Source: an uncultured Gemmatimonadales bacterium (GTDB lineage: Bacteria > Gemmatimonadota > Gemmatimonadetes > Gemmatimonadales > Gemmatimonadaceae). From it: 64,000 nt of DNA. Below, one piece after another: positions 9,446 to 21,048 of the stretch. Both the position numbers and the translations under genes were made by a program. The stretch spans positions 1 through 64,000 of the forward strand of contig CAVPQB010000006.1 in the NCBI GenBank assembly GCA_963707505.1, read 5' to 3'. Position 1 is the first letter of the stretch, and each line of letters starts with the position of its first letter. Under the pieces are notes generated by a model. That model did not search any database. It was not told where the DNA came from and was given only the letters and a program-made list of their open reading frames with translations.

Positions 9446-10777
9446 TCATCGCAAATGAAAGAGCTCCTGATGGAAAGCACGTCCGGCGAATCCGTGCGCG
9501 ACGAAGTCCTCGCGTAGCTCCTTGCCAAAGACCACCGGGCCGCAGAACCAGATGTCCGCGGACTTCCATTCCGGCACCACTGTGCGAATATCCTCTCCCG
9601 TCATCCGCCCATCCTCGGCGGCGACCCAGACACGCAGAAGTACGTGGGCGGACTCCGCGAGCTTGCGTAGCTGATCGACGGGCGCGATGTCACGCGAGCC
9701 GGTCGCGTGGAATAGATCGATCGCCTTTCCGTCGGGGTGGGCTGCGAGTTCCTGCATCCGGGACACGAATGGCGTGATGCCGATTCCTGCGCTCACCCAG
9801 ATCTGACGTTGGCTTTCACCCTCGAAGGTGAAGCGGCCGTACGGGCCTTCGACCGTGACAAGCGTGCCTGCCTTCAGTGTGGTCGGAAGCGACCGCGTGT
9901 AATCTCCCAGTCCCTTGATGAGGAAAAGCAGGTGGCCGTCGCCCTTCCACGTGGACGAGATCGTGAACGGATGCGGGCCTTCCCCGTCCTCGAAATTCAC
10001 GAATGCGAACTGCCCCGCGTTGTGGCCACTCCAACGGTCCTTGAGACGGATGCTTACCTGCAGAATCCCCACGTCCGCGCGCGTCGTGACTGCATCGATC
10101 TCACCCACAGCGCGATGCGTGTGTCCGACTCTTCGAAACAGCATTATGATCGCCGACACGCACCCGGCCGCCATCAGCGCGACGATCACGTACGAAATCG
10201 CGTGGGACCAGTACGAGATCTTCATCAGTACCACGCCGTGGAACACGAGGAGGAGAAATACTATTGCAAGGAGCCGGTGAGTTTTCAGGAAGTAGCGATA
10301 CGGAAACCACCGCAGCAGCGCGAGTACCACGAGTATGACGAGCGCGTAGAAGCAGAGCTGACCAACGGAGCGCGCTGGATTCTGCAGCGTGCGGAGAAGC
10401 GCCGGCCCTTCTGCGCTTGCCGCGGCGCCTCCTGGCTGCCGTCCGGCCGGAGCCATCAGGCCAAGGGTGGCGAGCCAGCCGGGTCCGCTGATCCACAACC
10501 AGTGCGCGATCGCCATGACGAGGCCGGCGACGCCGAGCCACTTGTGCAACCGGTAGCCCTTGTCGAGCCCGCCGATGAAGGACTCCACCTTCGACGATCG
10601 TACCGCCAGTATCATCGCCACACTTATCACGCCCATGGCGATGATGCCGGTGTAGTTGATGAGCGACAGCCGCACCTGCGCAAATGGAGCGGTGTGCAGC
10701 ACAATCGGGTCGGCGGCGATCCACAGAGCCGTGAGCCCGAGGCACAGTACCCAGAAGTTGACCTTGATGCGTGTCAT
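9446..10777 (-). CDS. Ferric reductase-like transmembrane protein with FAD/NAD-binding domains
   Basis: YRLHKWLG, HPFTISS, EGPYGRF, AGIGITPF, FCGP. Confidence 0.9.
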   Translation of the reverse strand: MTRIKVNFWVLCLGLTALWIAADPIVLHTAPFAQVRLSLINYTGIIAMGVISVAMILAVRSSKVESFIGGLDKGYRLHKWLGVAGLVMAIAHWLWISGPGWLATLGLMAPAGRQPGGAAASAEGPALLRTLQNPARSVGQLCFYALVILVVLALLRWFPYRYFLKTHRLLAIVFLLLVFHGVVLMKISYWSHAISYVIVALMAAGCVSAIIMLFRRVGHTHRAVGEIDAVTTRADVGILQVSIRLKDRWSGHNAGQFAFVNFEDGEGPHPFTISSTWKGDGHLLFLIKGLGDYTRSLPTTLKAGTLVTVEGPYGRFTFEGESQRQIWVSAGIGITPFVSRMQELAAHPDGKAIDLFHATGSRDIAPVDQLRKLAESAHVLLRVWVAAEDGRMTGEDIRTVVPEWKSADIWFCGPVVFGKELREDFVAHGFAGRAFHQELFHLR

Positions 10778-10795
10778 ATTCCCAGCCTGATGAAT

Positions 10796-11227
10796 TCAGA
10801 CCGCGTCGATCTCGTCGATCCGTCTCTGATGCCGTCCGCCATCGAACGGCGTGTTCAACCACATCTCCAGTATCTGGATCGCGAGCTCCTCCGACACCAT
10901 TCGCTCGCCAATCGAAAGCACGTTTGCATTGTTGTGCCGTCGTCCCAACTCAGCCGAGTCCAGGTTCCAGCACAGTGCGGCGCGTACACCCTTCACGCGA
11001 TTCGCAACCATCGCCTCGCCGTTTCCGGATCCGCCGAGCACGATTCCGCGCTCGGTCTCACCGCTCGCTACCGCGGCGGCGACAGGATGACAGAACAACG
11101 GATAGTCCACCGGTAGCTCCGAGTCGGTTCCAAAGTCCTTCACTTCGTGTCCGAGCTCGGTGAGCCGAGCCTTGAACATTTCCTTGTAGCGGAAGCCCGC
11201 GTGGTCCGAACCGATTGCGATGCGCAT
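10796..11227 (-). CDS. rpiB: Ribose-5-phosphate isomerase B
   Basis: IAIGSDHAG, GGSGNGE, RRHNNANVL, GGRHQRR. Confidence 0.95.
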   Translation of the reverse strand: MRIAIGSDHAGFRYKEMFKARLTELGHEVKDFGTDSELPVDYPLFCHPVAAAVASGETERGIVLGGSGNGEAMVANRVKGVRAALCWNLDSAELGRRHNNANVLSIGERMVSEELAIQILEMWLNTPFDGGRHQRRIDEIDAV

Positions 11228-11308
11228 TTGACTGTTGTGATGTTGGTTTGACGATGTTCACTAACTATAAGCACGATCGGTTGACGACTCGTGGCGACTG
11301 CATGTGAT

Positions 11309-12542
11309 CTAACGCTCTCTCGCGCGCACCAGGTGCACGCCTGCCCGATCGCGCACACCAAGGTACACTATGTCATCAGCGCCGAAGCCGATGATCGTCG
11401 TCCCGCTCGGGACGACGACACGGTCGACGAGTTTCCCCGTATTGTCGATCACGTCGTACTCCGGCCCGTGCGCAGTCGTGTCCTGGCTCGTTGTCCGGAC
11501 CCACAATCTGCCTGCCGGATCCGCATGCACCGCGCCAGCCGCGAATGCCGGCCGGTAATCGGGCAGATCCGACGGCGTGACGACGCGCACCGGCGCTGCC
11601 GTCCTTCCGCCCGGAGCACCCGGTCCGGCCGGCGCTCCTCTTCCTCGTCCCCGCTGACCGGCCACGCGGGCCGAGTCGATCAGTGCGCTCTTCGCCGAAT
11701 CGGTCAACCTCTGCCAGTCGAACGGAATCTTGGGCCCTGACGTTCTGTGTCCATCGGCGTCGATGAAATCCACGTGGTAGTCAGCACGCAGAATCGCGAT
11801 GGTACCATCGGGCAGGAGATCCCAGTCATCGACAGTCTGTACCGGGTTGACGACCGGTGAAATCTGCATCCCTGCATCGGTGCGCACGTACACGAGCTTC
11901 GTCGCCTGCACCTTCATGAACGCAGCCGTATCCGGCTTGCGGGTCAGGAGATCGAAGCGCACGATCGGTGCTGAATCCGCGGCCTGCGGGGGCACGGGGT
12001 CCTGACCGGGCGCGGCGCGGTGCGCACGATGTTGACGTGATTGCTGTACACCAGCCGGCCGCGCGTGTCGAAGCCGGCGTTCCCTCCGCGCGCGCCGCCC
12101 ATCAATGCGGCTGCGTCCTGCGGGCGCGGCGCGGCAATCACGCGAATCACTCTGCCGCTGGGTCGATCACGAGCATCGAGTACGACGCGGGGTCGACGAA
12201 CAGAGTCGAATCTCCGTGATACGCCAGCAATCCGCCGCCGTTCACACCATATGCCTTCTGCGTAGCGCTCGTAGTATCGGCAACAACGGCAATTATCTTG
12301 AGCATCGAATCCAGCATCAGCACTCGACGCGTCGCTGGATCGTTCACCAATACCCTGCCGCCCGGCAGCGCACGCACCGCCGACAGTGCACCCAACGGGC
12401 CGGACGAGGAAAGAGCGGGACCGAGCTGGCGTATCGCGGGACGCTGCTGCGCTACCCCAACGGATGCGCCGCAGACGAAAGCGATGACAAGCGCGGCGAC
12501 CGTCGCCGTGTTTCGTACGCGTACGATTTTCAACGACGTCAC
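11309..12542 (-). CDS. Secreted beta-propeller-like hypothetical protein; frameshifted
   Basis: ORFs 12147..12542, 11944..12558 (part) and 11309..11995 join into one protein with a signal peptide. Confidence 0.6.
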
Positions 12543-15500
12543 GATCCACCACCACCAAAGGCGCCGCCCGAGCTGCTGCCCGCGGTCCCGCTCCGAATTC
12601 CGCGCAGGTAACGCGTATTGATGTGACTCGCCACGAGCTCCGGCAGCCTGCGCTTCTGTTCGTCTGTGAGCAGCGCGTTGATGCGCGGCGCCAGCGCGAT
12701 CAGCAGATCGACGCTCGCCTCGCGCGCGCGTCTGTACCGCGCATACGCCTCGTTCTGATCGTAGTCCTTTGGCAATGCCGCCCAGTATTTCGCGACCGGA
12801 CTCCAGATGGAATCCAGCTCGATGGTGTAGCGCCGGTTCATCGTCGCGAGTGAATCTGCCTGTGGACCTGTGAGCTCGAGCGTGTCGCTCTGGCGAAGCA
12901 TCTGCGCCATCGGATTCAGCACACCACCATTTCCGTAGATCGACTTGAACATCGCGCCCGATAACTCGTTACCCGAGCGTGCACGTCCGCGATCCAGCTG
13001 CTGCGTGAGCGTCTGCCGCTCGCGTGACGGACCCACGTCAACACGGAGTGCCATCGTGATTGTCACCGGCGAGCGAAACCGCTGGAACTGCGGATTCGTG
13101 CTTCCGAAGCGCGAATTCACATCATAGATGTAACGGTTGTGCGCTGGGTCGAATCCACGGACATACAACAGCGTTGGATCGGCGAACGCACGCTGGCCCC
13201 AGCCATGGAGCTTGTTCTCGCCATGAAGCAGAATGTCAGCCGCGCCGAGTGGGTTGTTCACACTGAACGAAAGCGTCGCGCGTTGCGGCAGACGAAACTT
13301 GAGCGGATTGAGTGCAAAGCTGAGATTCGCGCTCGAAGACCACGGACCCTGACAGCTGCCATATCCCGCGAGCTTGCCAAGTTGCGCGGAAAGACAATCA
13401 CGTGCTGCTTTGGATCCATCCTTGAGCAAACTCTGCATCGCGCCCGCAACTGCAGGATCGCTCGCGGTTGACGGATCGAAAATGAACGCGCGATCGTTTG
13501 AGTAGCCGTCTCCATTCACGTCGCCTGAAATACTTGGCGTAAACGATCCGCCACTCGAAAAGCGACCGTTCCAGTTCACCCGAACGGCATCGAAGAAGTT
13601 GTATCGAAGCGTGTAGTTGATCTGGTGCCGGGAATCGAAGTCGCCGCGCCCCCACTGAACGTCCAGCGGATTTCCGACAGTGCTGTTGAAGCCGCGAAAC
13701 TGCTCACGGTTGTTCGAATACACGTACGTCAGGTTCCACGTGAAGTTCTGACTGAACTTTACGGGCCGGAGCGATAGCCGAATCTGACCGGTCTCGCTCT
13801 TCATGTCCGACACCTGTTCACTCACACGGTTGAACAATGGACTCACACGCGCATCCGCCGCTGCGATTGCTCCCGTCGCCGGCACGATGCTGCCCGGCTG
13901 CACGAAGACCGGACGGTCACCCTCATCAGCCAGCCTGAACTGCGTTACCGGCTTGAAGTTCAGATCGACGAAGCTGCGCTGATTCAGGTTGCGCGAGTAG
14001 ATCGCCTCTGCAGTCAGGCTGAACCGATTGGTGAGAATCGGTCCGTTCCATTGCAGATTGCTGCGCACCGAGCGCGGAGTGCTGAAGTCCTTTGCGAACA
14101 GTGTGACGTTGGGTGCCGTGCTGGCGAACACACTGCCGTTGGTACCGTCCGCACACTCGGACGGCACGCTGTTTGGATCATCGAGATAAGCTACCCAATC
14201 CGGAATCGGCGTCGCACTGCCCACACAGCGCAACTGCTGCACGGCACTCGGCAAACCCGTATTGTCGATCGCAGATCCGATGAGCGAGGCACCCGGCGAA
14301 TTCTGGAACACACCAAATCCGCCGCGCACCACTGCGCGCGGCGCACGGGCCGCCCCTTCGAATGCGGCGATCTGCGTCGCTCCACCGTACGTCCACGAGA
14401 ATCCGAGTCGCGGACTTAGATAGACCCGGTTGGGCTTCTCATCGTTTCGCACGCCAAAGATCTGCTGCACGGCAGGATTGAACGCGGGTTGCATCGCCAG
14501 CTGATTCGCATCGAGGCGCAGTCCGTACTGCAGCTGCAACGTCCTGGTGCGCTGGTACGAATCGCCCAGTGATATCGCTTCGGTCAGCTGGCTGCCGGTC
14601 TGTGTGCGCGGCAGCAGTGAGCGAGAGTAGCTCGCCGGCATGTTCGCCTGCAGATCCGCGAGCGAGTTGTAGTAGAAGGAGCCGAGCAGGTTGGAAACGT
14701 CGTCCTGGCTGTACGCGTCGCGCTCCAGCTCGGTGGACAGCTTGATACGGTGCTTGTTGTTCTTGCTGAACCACGAAAGCTCGTTGTTTCCGGAAATGTT
14801 GAAGCTTCCGCTCTTCGTATTCAGTCCAGGGTTTCCGCCGAACGCTATTGTCTGTACGCCGCTGGTGCCGTCGCCGAAGTCGGAATTCACGAGCACGCTG
14901 GCAGCGGGCAGCGTCAGATACGGTGTGCCGTAACTCCGATTCGCATTTATGCCGACCGTACTCTCCGTCAGGATCTTGGTGTGCAGATACGCCGTGTGCG
15001 TCAGTTGAACGCTGCCGCCCAGACGCGTGCGGTCGCCATCGCGCGCTGGCACCTCGGTCGATGAGTGATCGCTCGGACTCTGCCGATTCCAGTTTCCGCT
15101 GAACGTGAGATTGAACGTCTGCGCGCTGCTGGAATTTGGAGGCGACAGATTGATGCTGCCGAACACCGATCCGTTGTCGCGCATGCTACTCGGCGGAATG
15201 CGACCATCGACGATCGTCGGGATTCCGTCGGCGTTCAGGATGCTGACGAGCCGCCGGACGGAATCAGCGGAGATCCCGCTCGCCTGCAAACCTATCGGAC
15301 TCGTATTGAGCAGCGTGCGCAGATCGTTGCTGCGGCGCCCGAGCTGGTAGGAGAAGTTGTAGAACGCCTTGTCGAAGACAATTGGCCCAGCGAGTGAGCC
15401 GCCCAGCGATACGTTGGTGTACTGCTGGCCCAGTGCGCGCGCAGATGGATCGGTCCACTGGAGTTGCGGCGCATCCAGGTTGAGCGAAGTACTGCGGCGA

Positions 15501-16234
15501 ATGAAATTCGATCCCGCGCCCGTGCGGATGTTCAACTGTCCGCCGCTGAAGCCACCGCGACTCACGTCGTACGGCGCGGTGACGAGAGAGTACGAGACGT
15601 TGGCGTCGCGCGGCAGATTCGCACCGCCGAAAGGACTCCCGTTGAGCGTAACGCTGTTCTGGTCGGCGGAAAGCCCAAGTACTGAAAAACCAGTTGGATC
15701 GCCATCTGCTCCCAGAATGGACGTGATTCCGGGAATCGAGCCCGCGATCGCGTTGAGATCGCCCTGGTCGTTCGGCGCGACAGCTTCGTTCGTTACAGTC
15801 TGCTCGGTACCGCTGATGTCGGGTTGCTTGTCCGCGTCGCGCGCGACGCGATCGCGCTCGGAGACGTGCACCGTGTCCAGTGTCGCGAGAGTGCGCGTCA
15901 TCTCCGCGTCGGCAACGAGAATGTCTTCATCGGCCAGACGCTTGAGCTCGAAACGGCGCGGCGCGTAGCCGATCGCCGTGAAGTTCATGAAGTAATCGCC
16001 CTCGCCGCCCGGGAAGGTGATGGTGTAGCGGCCATCCGCATTCGTTCGCGCAGTGCGATTCACTCCGCCATTCACCGACGTTGCAGTAACCGTCGTGTTG
16101 GCCATCGGTAGATTATCCGGGCCGATCACCTGGCCGCGGATGACATCCACTCCCTGGGCTGCTGCGTTCGTCGTCAGTCCGGCAATCGCGAGCAGTAACA
16201 TCGCGGCGAGCGATACGATCCGTCGCACGCTCAC
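12539..16234 (-). CDS. TonB-dependent-receptor-like outer membrane protein with carboxypeptidase regulatory-like N-terminal domain
   Basis: Signal peptide, RTNADGRYTI, GGFSGGQLN plug motif, SPRLGFSW, GDVNGDG. Confidence 0.8.
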   Translation of the reverse strand: MSVRRIVSLAAMLLLAIAGLTTNAAAQGVDVIRGQVIGPDNLPMANTTVTATSVNGGVNRTARTNADGRYTITFPGGEGDYFMNFTAIGYAPRRFELKRLADEDILVADAEMTRTLATLDTVHVSERDRVARDADKQPDISGTEQTVTNEAVAPNDQGDLNAIAGSIPGITSILGADGDPTGFSVLGLSADQNSVTLNGSPFGGANLPRDANVSYSLVTAPYDVSRGGFSGGQLNIRTGAGSNFIRRSTSLNLDAPQLQWTDPSARALGQQYTNVSLGGSLAGPIVFDKAFYNFSYQLGRRSNDLRTLLNTSPIGLQASGISADSVRRLVSILNADGIPTIVDGRIPPSSMRDNGSVFGSINLSPPNSSSAQTFNLTFSGNWNRQSPSDHSSTEVPARDGDRTRLGGSVQLTHTAYLHTKILTESTVGINANRSYGTPYLTLPAASVLVNSDFGDGTSGVQTIAFGGNPGLNTKSGSFNISGNNELSWFSKNNKHRIKLSTELERDAYSQDDVSNLLGSFYYNSLADLQANMPASYSRSLLPRTQTGSQLTEAISLGDSYQRTRTLQLQYGLRLDANQLAMQPAFNPAVQQIFGVRNDEKPNRVYLSPRLGFSWTYGGATQIAAFEGAARAPRAVVRGGFGVFQNSPGASLIGSAIDNTGLPSAVQQLRCVGSATPIPDWVAYLDDPNSVPSECADGTNGSVFASTAPNVTLFAKDFSTPRSVRSNLQWNGPILTNRFSLTAEAIYSRNLNQRSFVDLNFKPVTQFRLADEGDRPVFVQPGSIVPATGAIAAADARVSPLFNRVSEQVSDMKSETGQIRLSLRPVKFSQNFTWNLTYVYSNNREQFRGFNSTVGNPLDVQWGRGDFDSRHQINYTLRYNFFDAVRVNWNGRFSSGGSFTPSISGDVNGDGYSNDRAFIFDPSTASDPAVAGAMQSLLKDGSKAARDCLSAQLGKLAGYGSCQGPWSSSANLSFALNPLKFRLPQRATLSFSVNNPLGAADILLHGENKLHGWGQRAFADPTLLYVRGFDPAHNRYIYDVNSRFGSTNPQFQRFRSPVTITMALRVDVGPSRERQTLTQQLDRGRARSGNELSGAMFKSIYGNGGVLNPMAQMLRQSDTLELTGPQADSLATMNRRYTIELDSIWSPVAKYWAALPKDYDQNEAYARYRRAREASVDLLIALAPRINALLTDEQKRRLPELVASHINTRYLRGIRSGTAGSSSGGAFGGGGS

Positions 16235-17473
16235 CTAACGAACAGTCCGCAGTGCTGGATTCTTCGCGAATGCCCATGCGGAATGCGCGAAGACGATGAC
16301 CGCACATCCACCAATTGCCCAATCCACGCCAACCACGTGTGCCAGCGCACCGGATATGAACGACCCCACCGGCACCAATCCGACCGCGACGAATACGTAC
16401 GCAGATACAACCCTGCCGCGCAGCTCATCCGGAGCTATGGATTGCAGCAATCCATTCGCCAGCGCGCCCATCACGAGCATCGCGAACCCGACGAAAACGA
16501 GCATCACCGCTGCGGGAAGCAGTCTGTGCATCAGCGAGAAGACGATGAGCGCGACGGAGAATCCATATGCAGACCATACGTACAGCTTGCCCCGAGCGAT
16601 GTGCTGGCCGAGGGCCGCCATCGAAAGCGCACCGATCAGCGCGCCCAGCCCCACGCAGGCGAGCAGAATCCCGTAACCCGCTGCACCCGCGTGCACAACG
16701 TCCCGCGCCACCACAGGCATCATGGCGAGAAACGGCATCCCGAAGACCGACGTCACTCCCGACCACTCGAACCAGCACGCTGACCAGCGGCGTGTCGCGC
16801 ATGTAGCGGAATCCCTCGAGCATTCCCTCGATCGGCGACTTGAGCGTTGCAATGCGCTCCCACTTCGGGACATGAATCATGAACAGTCCGGCGAGCACCG
16901 CGAGATAGCTCATCGAGTTGAGCGCGAAGCACCACGCGAGCCCCAGCGTGCCGATGACGACGGCGGCGATCGACGGGCCGACGATGCGCGCGAGGTTGAA
17001 ACCGCGCGGAGTTGAGCGCGATCGCATCGACCAGGTCCTCGCGACCGACCAGCTCGACGATGAAGCTCTGTCGCGCCGGAATCTCGAAGGCGCTGATCGA
17101 TCCCGTTGAGCGTCGCCAGCACGAGCAGCCAGTTGATCGTGAGATCGGCTCGACGCCGGTGAACCACCACAGCACCGACGCCTGCACGAGCAGCAGCGAC
17201 TGCGCGATCCTGACGAGCTTGAGCTTGTCGTGCCGGTCGGCCACCACGCCGCCGTACAGCGAGAGCAACAGGACCGGAAGCGACGGCCGCGCCGCCACCA
17301 CTCCGACCATGAACGCGCTGTTGGACAGTTGCAGCGCGAGCCACCCCTCACGCCACCGACTGCATCCACGTGCCGATCAGCGACAGCGTCTGCCCGCCCC
17401 AGAAGATCCGGAAGTTCCGGTGACCTGCAGCGGCCGGAACGGATTGGTCTGGGCTGGCGGGCCTGTGCTGCAC
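16235..17473 (-). CDS. MFS transporter (MFS_3 type); frameshifted
   Basis: HRNFRIFWGGQ, GGVVADRHDK, FNLARIVGP, DELRGRV across several frames. Confidence 0.8.
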
Positions 17474-17512
17474 GCGGGAAATGTATTCGCGTACCGGGTG
17501 TATTATTCAGCT

Positions 17513-18797
17513 ATGCGCTTCCACACCTACTCCAAGTTCAGCCCGGAGATGGCCGACGCGGTCGATCTTCAGGCGCTCCTGGACAAGATGGCCGACTTTC
17601 TGCTCCAGTCCGGCTTCGCGGGCGGCGAGAATTTCAATCCGTACTGGGGGATGACCGGCGAGGACGCCGACCGCTCCGTCGGATGCACTGCGCCAGGCGA
17701 TCCTCAACGCGATGATCGAGAGCGGGCAGTTCACCCCCGAGATGCTCGATGCGCTGCGCGGCAACGGTGACGAGGACTCGCAGGAAAAGCTCGCGAAGTT
17801 CCTGGACGAGCTGATCGAGCGCCTCACAAAGGAGGGCTACCTCAACCTCGAGGCGCCGCCGCAGATGCCGGCCGGTCACCAGCCGGTCGAGGGCAAGGGC
17901 AGCCTCTCGCACGCGGCCTCCAAGTCGGTCCAGTTCAATCTCACCGACAAGGGCGTCGACTTCCTCGGCTACAAGGCGCTCCGGCACATCATGAGCTCGC
18001 TCGGCAAGTCGAGCTTCGGGAGTCACGATACGCCGTATCTCGCCACCGGAATCGAGTCGGATGGCTGGAGCAAGCAGTACGAGTTCGGCGACGTGCTGAA
18101 CCTCGACGTCAACGAGACGCTCAAGCGCTCGATGGCGCGCACGGGCTCACTCGACCGTGCCGATGGATCTCGATTACGACGACCTGATGGTGCACCAGGC
18201 CGAGTACCGCTCGTCGTGCGCGACGGTGCTGATGCTCGATACGTCGCACTCGATGATTCTGTACGGCGAGGATCGCTTCACGCCCGCCAAGAAGGTCGCG
18301 CTCGCGCTGACGCATCTCATCCGCACGCAGTTTCCCGGCGACACGCATCCGCATCGTGCTCTTTCACGATTCGGCGGAGGAGATTCCGATCTCCACGCTG
18401 GCACGTGCGCAGGTCGGCCCCTACCACACCAACACCGCCGAAGGCCTCAAGCTCGCTCGGCGCATCCTTCTCTCGCAGAAGAAGGACATGCGCCAGATCG
18501 TGATGATCACCGACGGAAAGCCGAGCGCGCTGACGCTCCCGAACGGTCAGATCTACAAGAATTCGATGGGCCTCGACATGAACGTCGTGTCGCGAGACGC
18601 TGCGCGAAGTCGCCGACTGCCGCCGCTCCGGGATCGTGATCAACACCTTCATGCTCGCGCGCGACCGGGCGCTGGTGGAATTCGTGAAGCGCGTGTCCGC
18701 GATCGCGAAGGGCAAGGCCTACTTCACGAATACGATGACGCTGGGGCAGTTCATCCTGATGGATTTCCTGCGGAAGAAGACGAGAACTGTTTCGTAA
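17513..18797 (+). CDS. VWA domain-containing protein; frameshifted
   Basis: MRFHTYSK start, MIDAS motif [22 protein letters not shown]. Confidence 0.8.
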
Positions 18798-18832
18798 CAA
18801 TTCGTCGTCCCCGCAAGAACGTTCGCGAAGGC

Positions 18833-18863
18833 TCGTCATTCCCGCGTGTCGCGGGAATGACGA
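18833..18863. repeat. REP-like palindrome (CGTCATTCCCGCG...CGGGAATGACG family)
   Basis: Perfect hairpin between convergent genes; same family as 30197, 44726 and 56928. Confidence 0.8.
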
Positions 18864-18890
18864 CGCCTTAAGTGACGTCCCCGCTCACCA

Positions 18891-19535
18891 TCACCCCGTG
18901 TACACGTAATTACAACGTTGCTCCTGCGCGCGTCCAACCGCGATGATCATCGCAGGCACGAGTATCACACCCGGAATGAGCGACGCTGTCAGATCACGCT
19001 CGATCTCTTCCTTGGTGCCGAATGTCTTCTTATCCGCTAGCTCGCTCGCGATTCCCCGCAGCGCAGTACGGCACGATAGCACAACAACGCCGGCTGCCAG
19101 CGCCTCGCGTATCCCAGGGTTGTCATCGTCGCCCGCGTAATACACGTTCCGCGTCGCGGCATCCTTGGTCTTAGGATCTTTCACGTCGAACATCTTTCCG
19201 AAGCCATACTTCTCCCACGCGGCATCGACGTAGGTTGTAGCTCCGGTCTTGCCGTGGGCTGCGAGAACAGCATCGACATCTTTAGGATCGACGCCGTATT
19301 CCTTTGGATATGCCGTCTTGTAGCGTATCGAGTATTCGATTCCCTTGGTCCACTTGTCGTGCGCATGGAACAGCTGGCGGTGTTTCCCTGTGAGCGCCTT
19401 GAGCCAGGCTTCCGGCTCGTCGCCCGGCTCCGACACGACACCCGCGACCGATACATCCGGAAGTAGCGCGCTCGCGCCAGCGAGCGCGGCGAGATGAGTC
19501 ACGAAAGCCCTGCGGCTCGGTTTATAACTGAACAT
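18891..19535 (-). CDS. Tat-exported DsrE-like hypothetical protein
   Basis: SRRAFV twin-arginine signal; VVLSCRTAL and LIPGVILVPAM motifs. Confidence 0.65.
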   Translation of the reverse strand: MFSYKPSRRAFVTHLAALAGASALLPDVSVAGVVSEPGDEPEAWLKALTGKHRQLFHAHDKWTKGIEYSIRYKTAYPKEYGVDPKDVDAVLAAHGKTGATTYVDAAWEKYGFGKMFDVKDPKTKDAATRNVYYAGDDDNPGIREALAAGVVVLSCRTALRGIASELADKKTFGTKEEIERDLTASLIPGVILVPAMIIAVGRAQEQRCNYVYTG

Positions 19536-19742
19536 TGAAGCTCCTAAGCTGGTTTGCGCGACACTCATTGCACCATCGTTACAGCCGCAAATCTACGAGA
19601 GAAATCGCTTGTTTGCTGGCGCTCGACGAACAGCCAAGACCAGACTGGAACGCCATCGCCCGGCACGCGCCTGCAAGCGTCCGCGGCGCACATCATGCGA
19701 CGATTCACTAGACTGCATTACATCACCATCAACGGAGAAAAT

Positions 19743-20171
19743 ATGCCCACACGCAAGGCTAGTGCGATCTGGGAGAAGGGTCTGCAGAACGGAAAGGGAT
19801 CGTTCAAGGGCGAGAGCGGAACCGTCAGCGGCAACTACTCATTCGGCTCCCGCTTCGAGAATGCCACCGGGTCCAATCCGGAAGAGCTGCTGGCAGCCGC
19901 CGAGGCCGCCTGCTTCTCGATGGCGCTGGCCCTGGGGCTCGAGAAGAACGGAACGCCCGCCGAAAAGGTCGAGACGAGCGCCGCATGCACAATCGAAAAG
20001 GCCGGCGACGGCTTCAAGATCACCACGATGAGTCTCGTGGTCAACGCGAAGGTGCCGGGAATCGACAACGCGAAGTTTCAACAGATAGCCGAAGGCACCA
20101 AGGACGGATGTCCCGTCTCGCAGGCGTTGAAGGGGAACGTGAACATCACGCTGACCGCCAACCTGAATTAA
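19743..20171 (+). CDS. osmC: OsmC family peroxiredoxin
   Basis: NPEELLAAAEAACFSMAL and GCPVSQAL; GGAG RBS. Confidence 0.93.
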   Translation: MPTRKASAIWEKGLQNGKGSFKGESGTVSGNYSFGSRFENATGSNPEELLAAAEAACFSMALALGLEKNGTPAEKVETSAACTIEKAGDGFKITTMSLVVNAKVPGIDNAKFQQIAEGTKDGCPVSQALKGNVNITLTANLN

Positions 20172-20210
20172 AGCGGCATCGGACTGCGCGCCGCCTGACA
20201 GGTGTTCACG

Positions 20211-20915
20211 TCAGCGGCGCCAGTCCACCGATAGCACTCCGTCGCGCCTCGCGAGCGATGCGAGCAGTTGCGGCGGCTCCTGACCCACCTTCGCGCCGCG
20301 CCATCGCAGATCCAGCTGCGACTCGACGTAACCGTCCATCGCGGCGAGAGTCAGGGTGTCGGTACTCACCGTGTAGCCAGTCTCGGCGAGATCACGCGCG
20401 ACGTCGGTGACATTCGTATCGCGCGACGCCCGAATCGTGAGCGTCGCACGATTGTCCTGAAGCCATTTGCTGTCCACGGCTTTGAGAGTCCACAGCACGA
20501 ATATCGCGATGACGACGGCAATGCATCCAAGTGCGAGCTGACCACCGCCAAAGCAGAGCCCGATCACCGTTACCAGCCACAACGTTGCAGCGGTTGTCAC
20601 GCCACTCACGCTCTTGCCGCGCTGCAGAATCGCGCCGGCACCGATGAAACCCATCCCGGTCAGAATACCGAGCGGCAGACGCATGAGATCGAGAACGATG
20701 AACGAATCGCCGAGCTTGCCCGCAGTCCCGAGCAGGACGTTCACCTCGATCATGCTGAGCGCGGCCGCGAGCGCAACGAGCATCGTCGTCCGCAAGCCTG
20801 CCGCCTGTCCGTGCTCGCCGCGATTGATCCCGATCAGCGCGCTGCCGATGAGCGTCAGGCCGATGCGGAGCGCTATGTCGTACCACGTTATTGTGACCGT
20901 CACGGCTATCCACAC
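20211..20915 (-). CDS. MgtC/SapB family protein
   Basis: AGLRTTMLV, GMGFIGAGAIL, GVTTAATLW. Confidence 0.9.
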   Translation of the reverse strand: MWIAVTVTITWYDIALRIGLTLIGSALIGINRGEHGQAAGLRTTMLVALAAALSMIEVNVLLGTAGKLGDSFIVLDLMRLPLGILTGMGFIGAGAILQRGKSVSGVTTAATLWLVTVIGLCFGGGQLALGCIAVVIAIFVLWTLKAVDSKWLQDNRATLTIRASRDTNVTDVARDLAETGYTVSTDTLTLAAMDGYVESQLDLRWRGAKVGQEPPQLLASLARRDGVLSVDWRR

Positions 20916-20992
20916 CTCACGCGATAGAGTGGAAATACGACCACGATAATGAACGCGATAATAAACGGGAAAATAAACGGGATAACAATCGA

Positions 20993-21022
20993 ACGGGCGC
21001 GCCGATTTTCCGGCGCGCCCGT
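20993..21022 (-). terminator. GC-rich hairpin downstream of gltA
   Basis: ACGGGCGCGCCG/CGGCGCGCCCGT 12-bp stem. Confidence 0.6.
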
Positions 21023-21048
21023 CATTTCAGCTGGTACCGAATCGGTTC

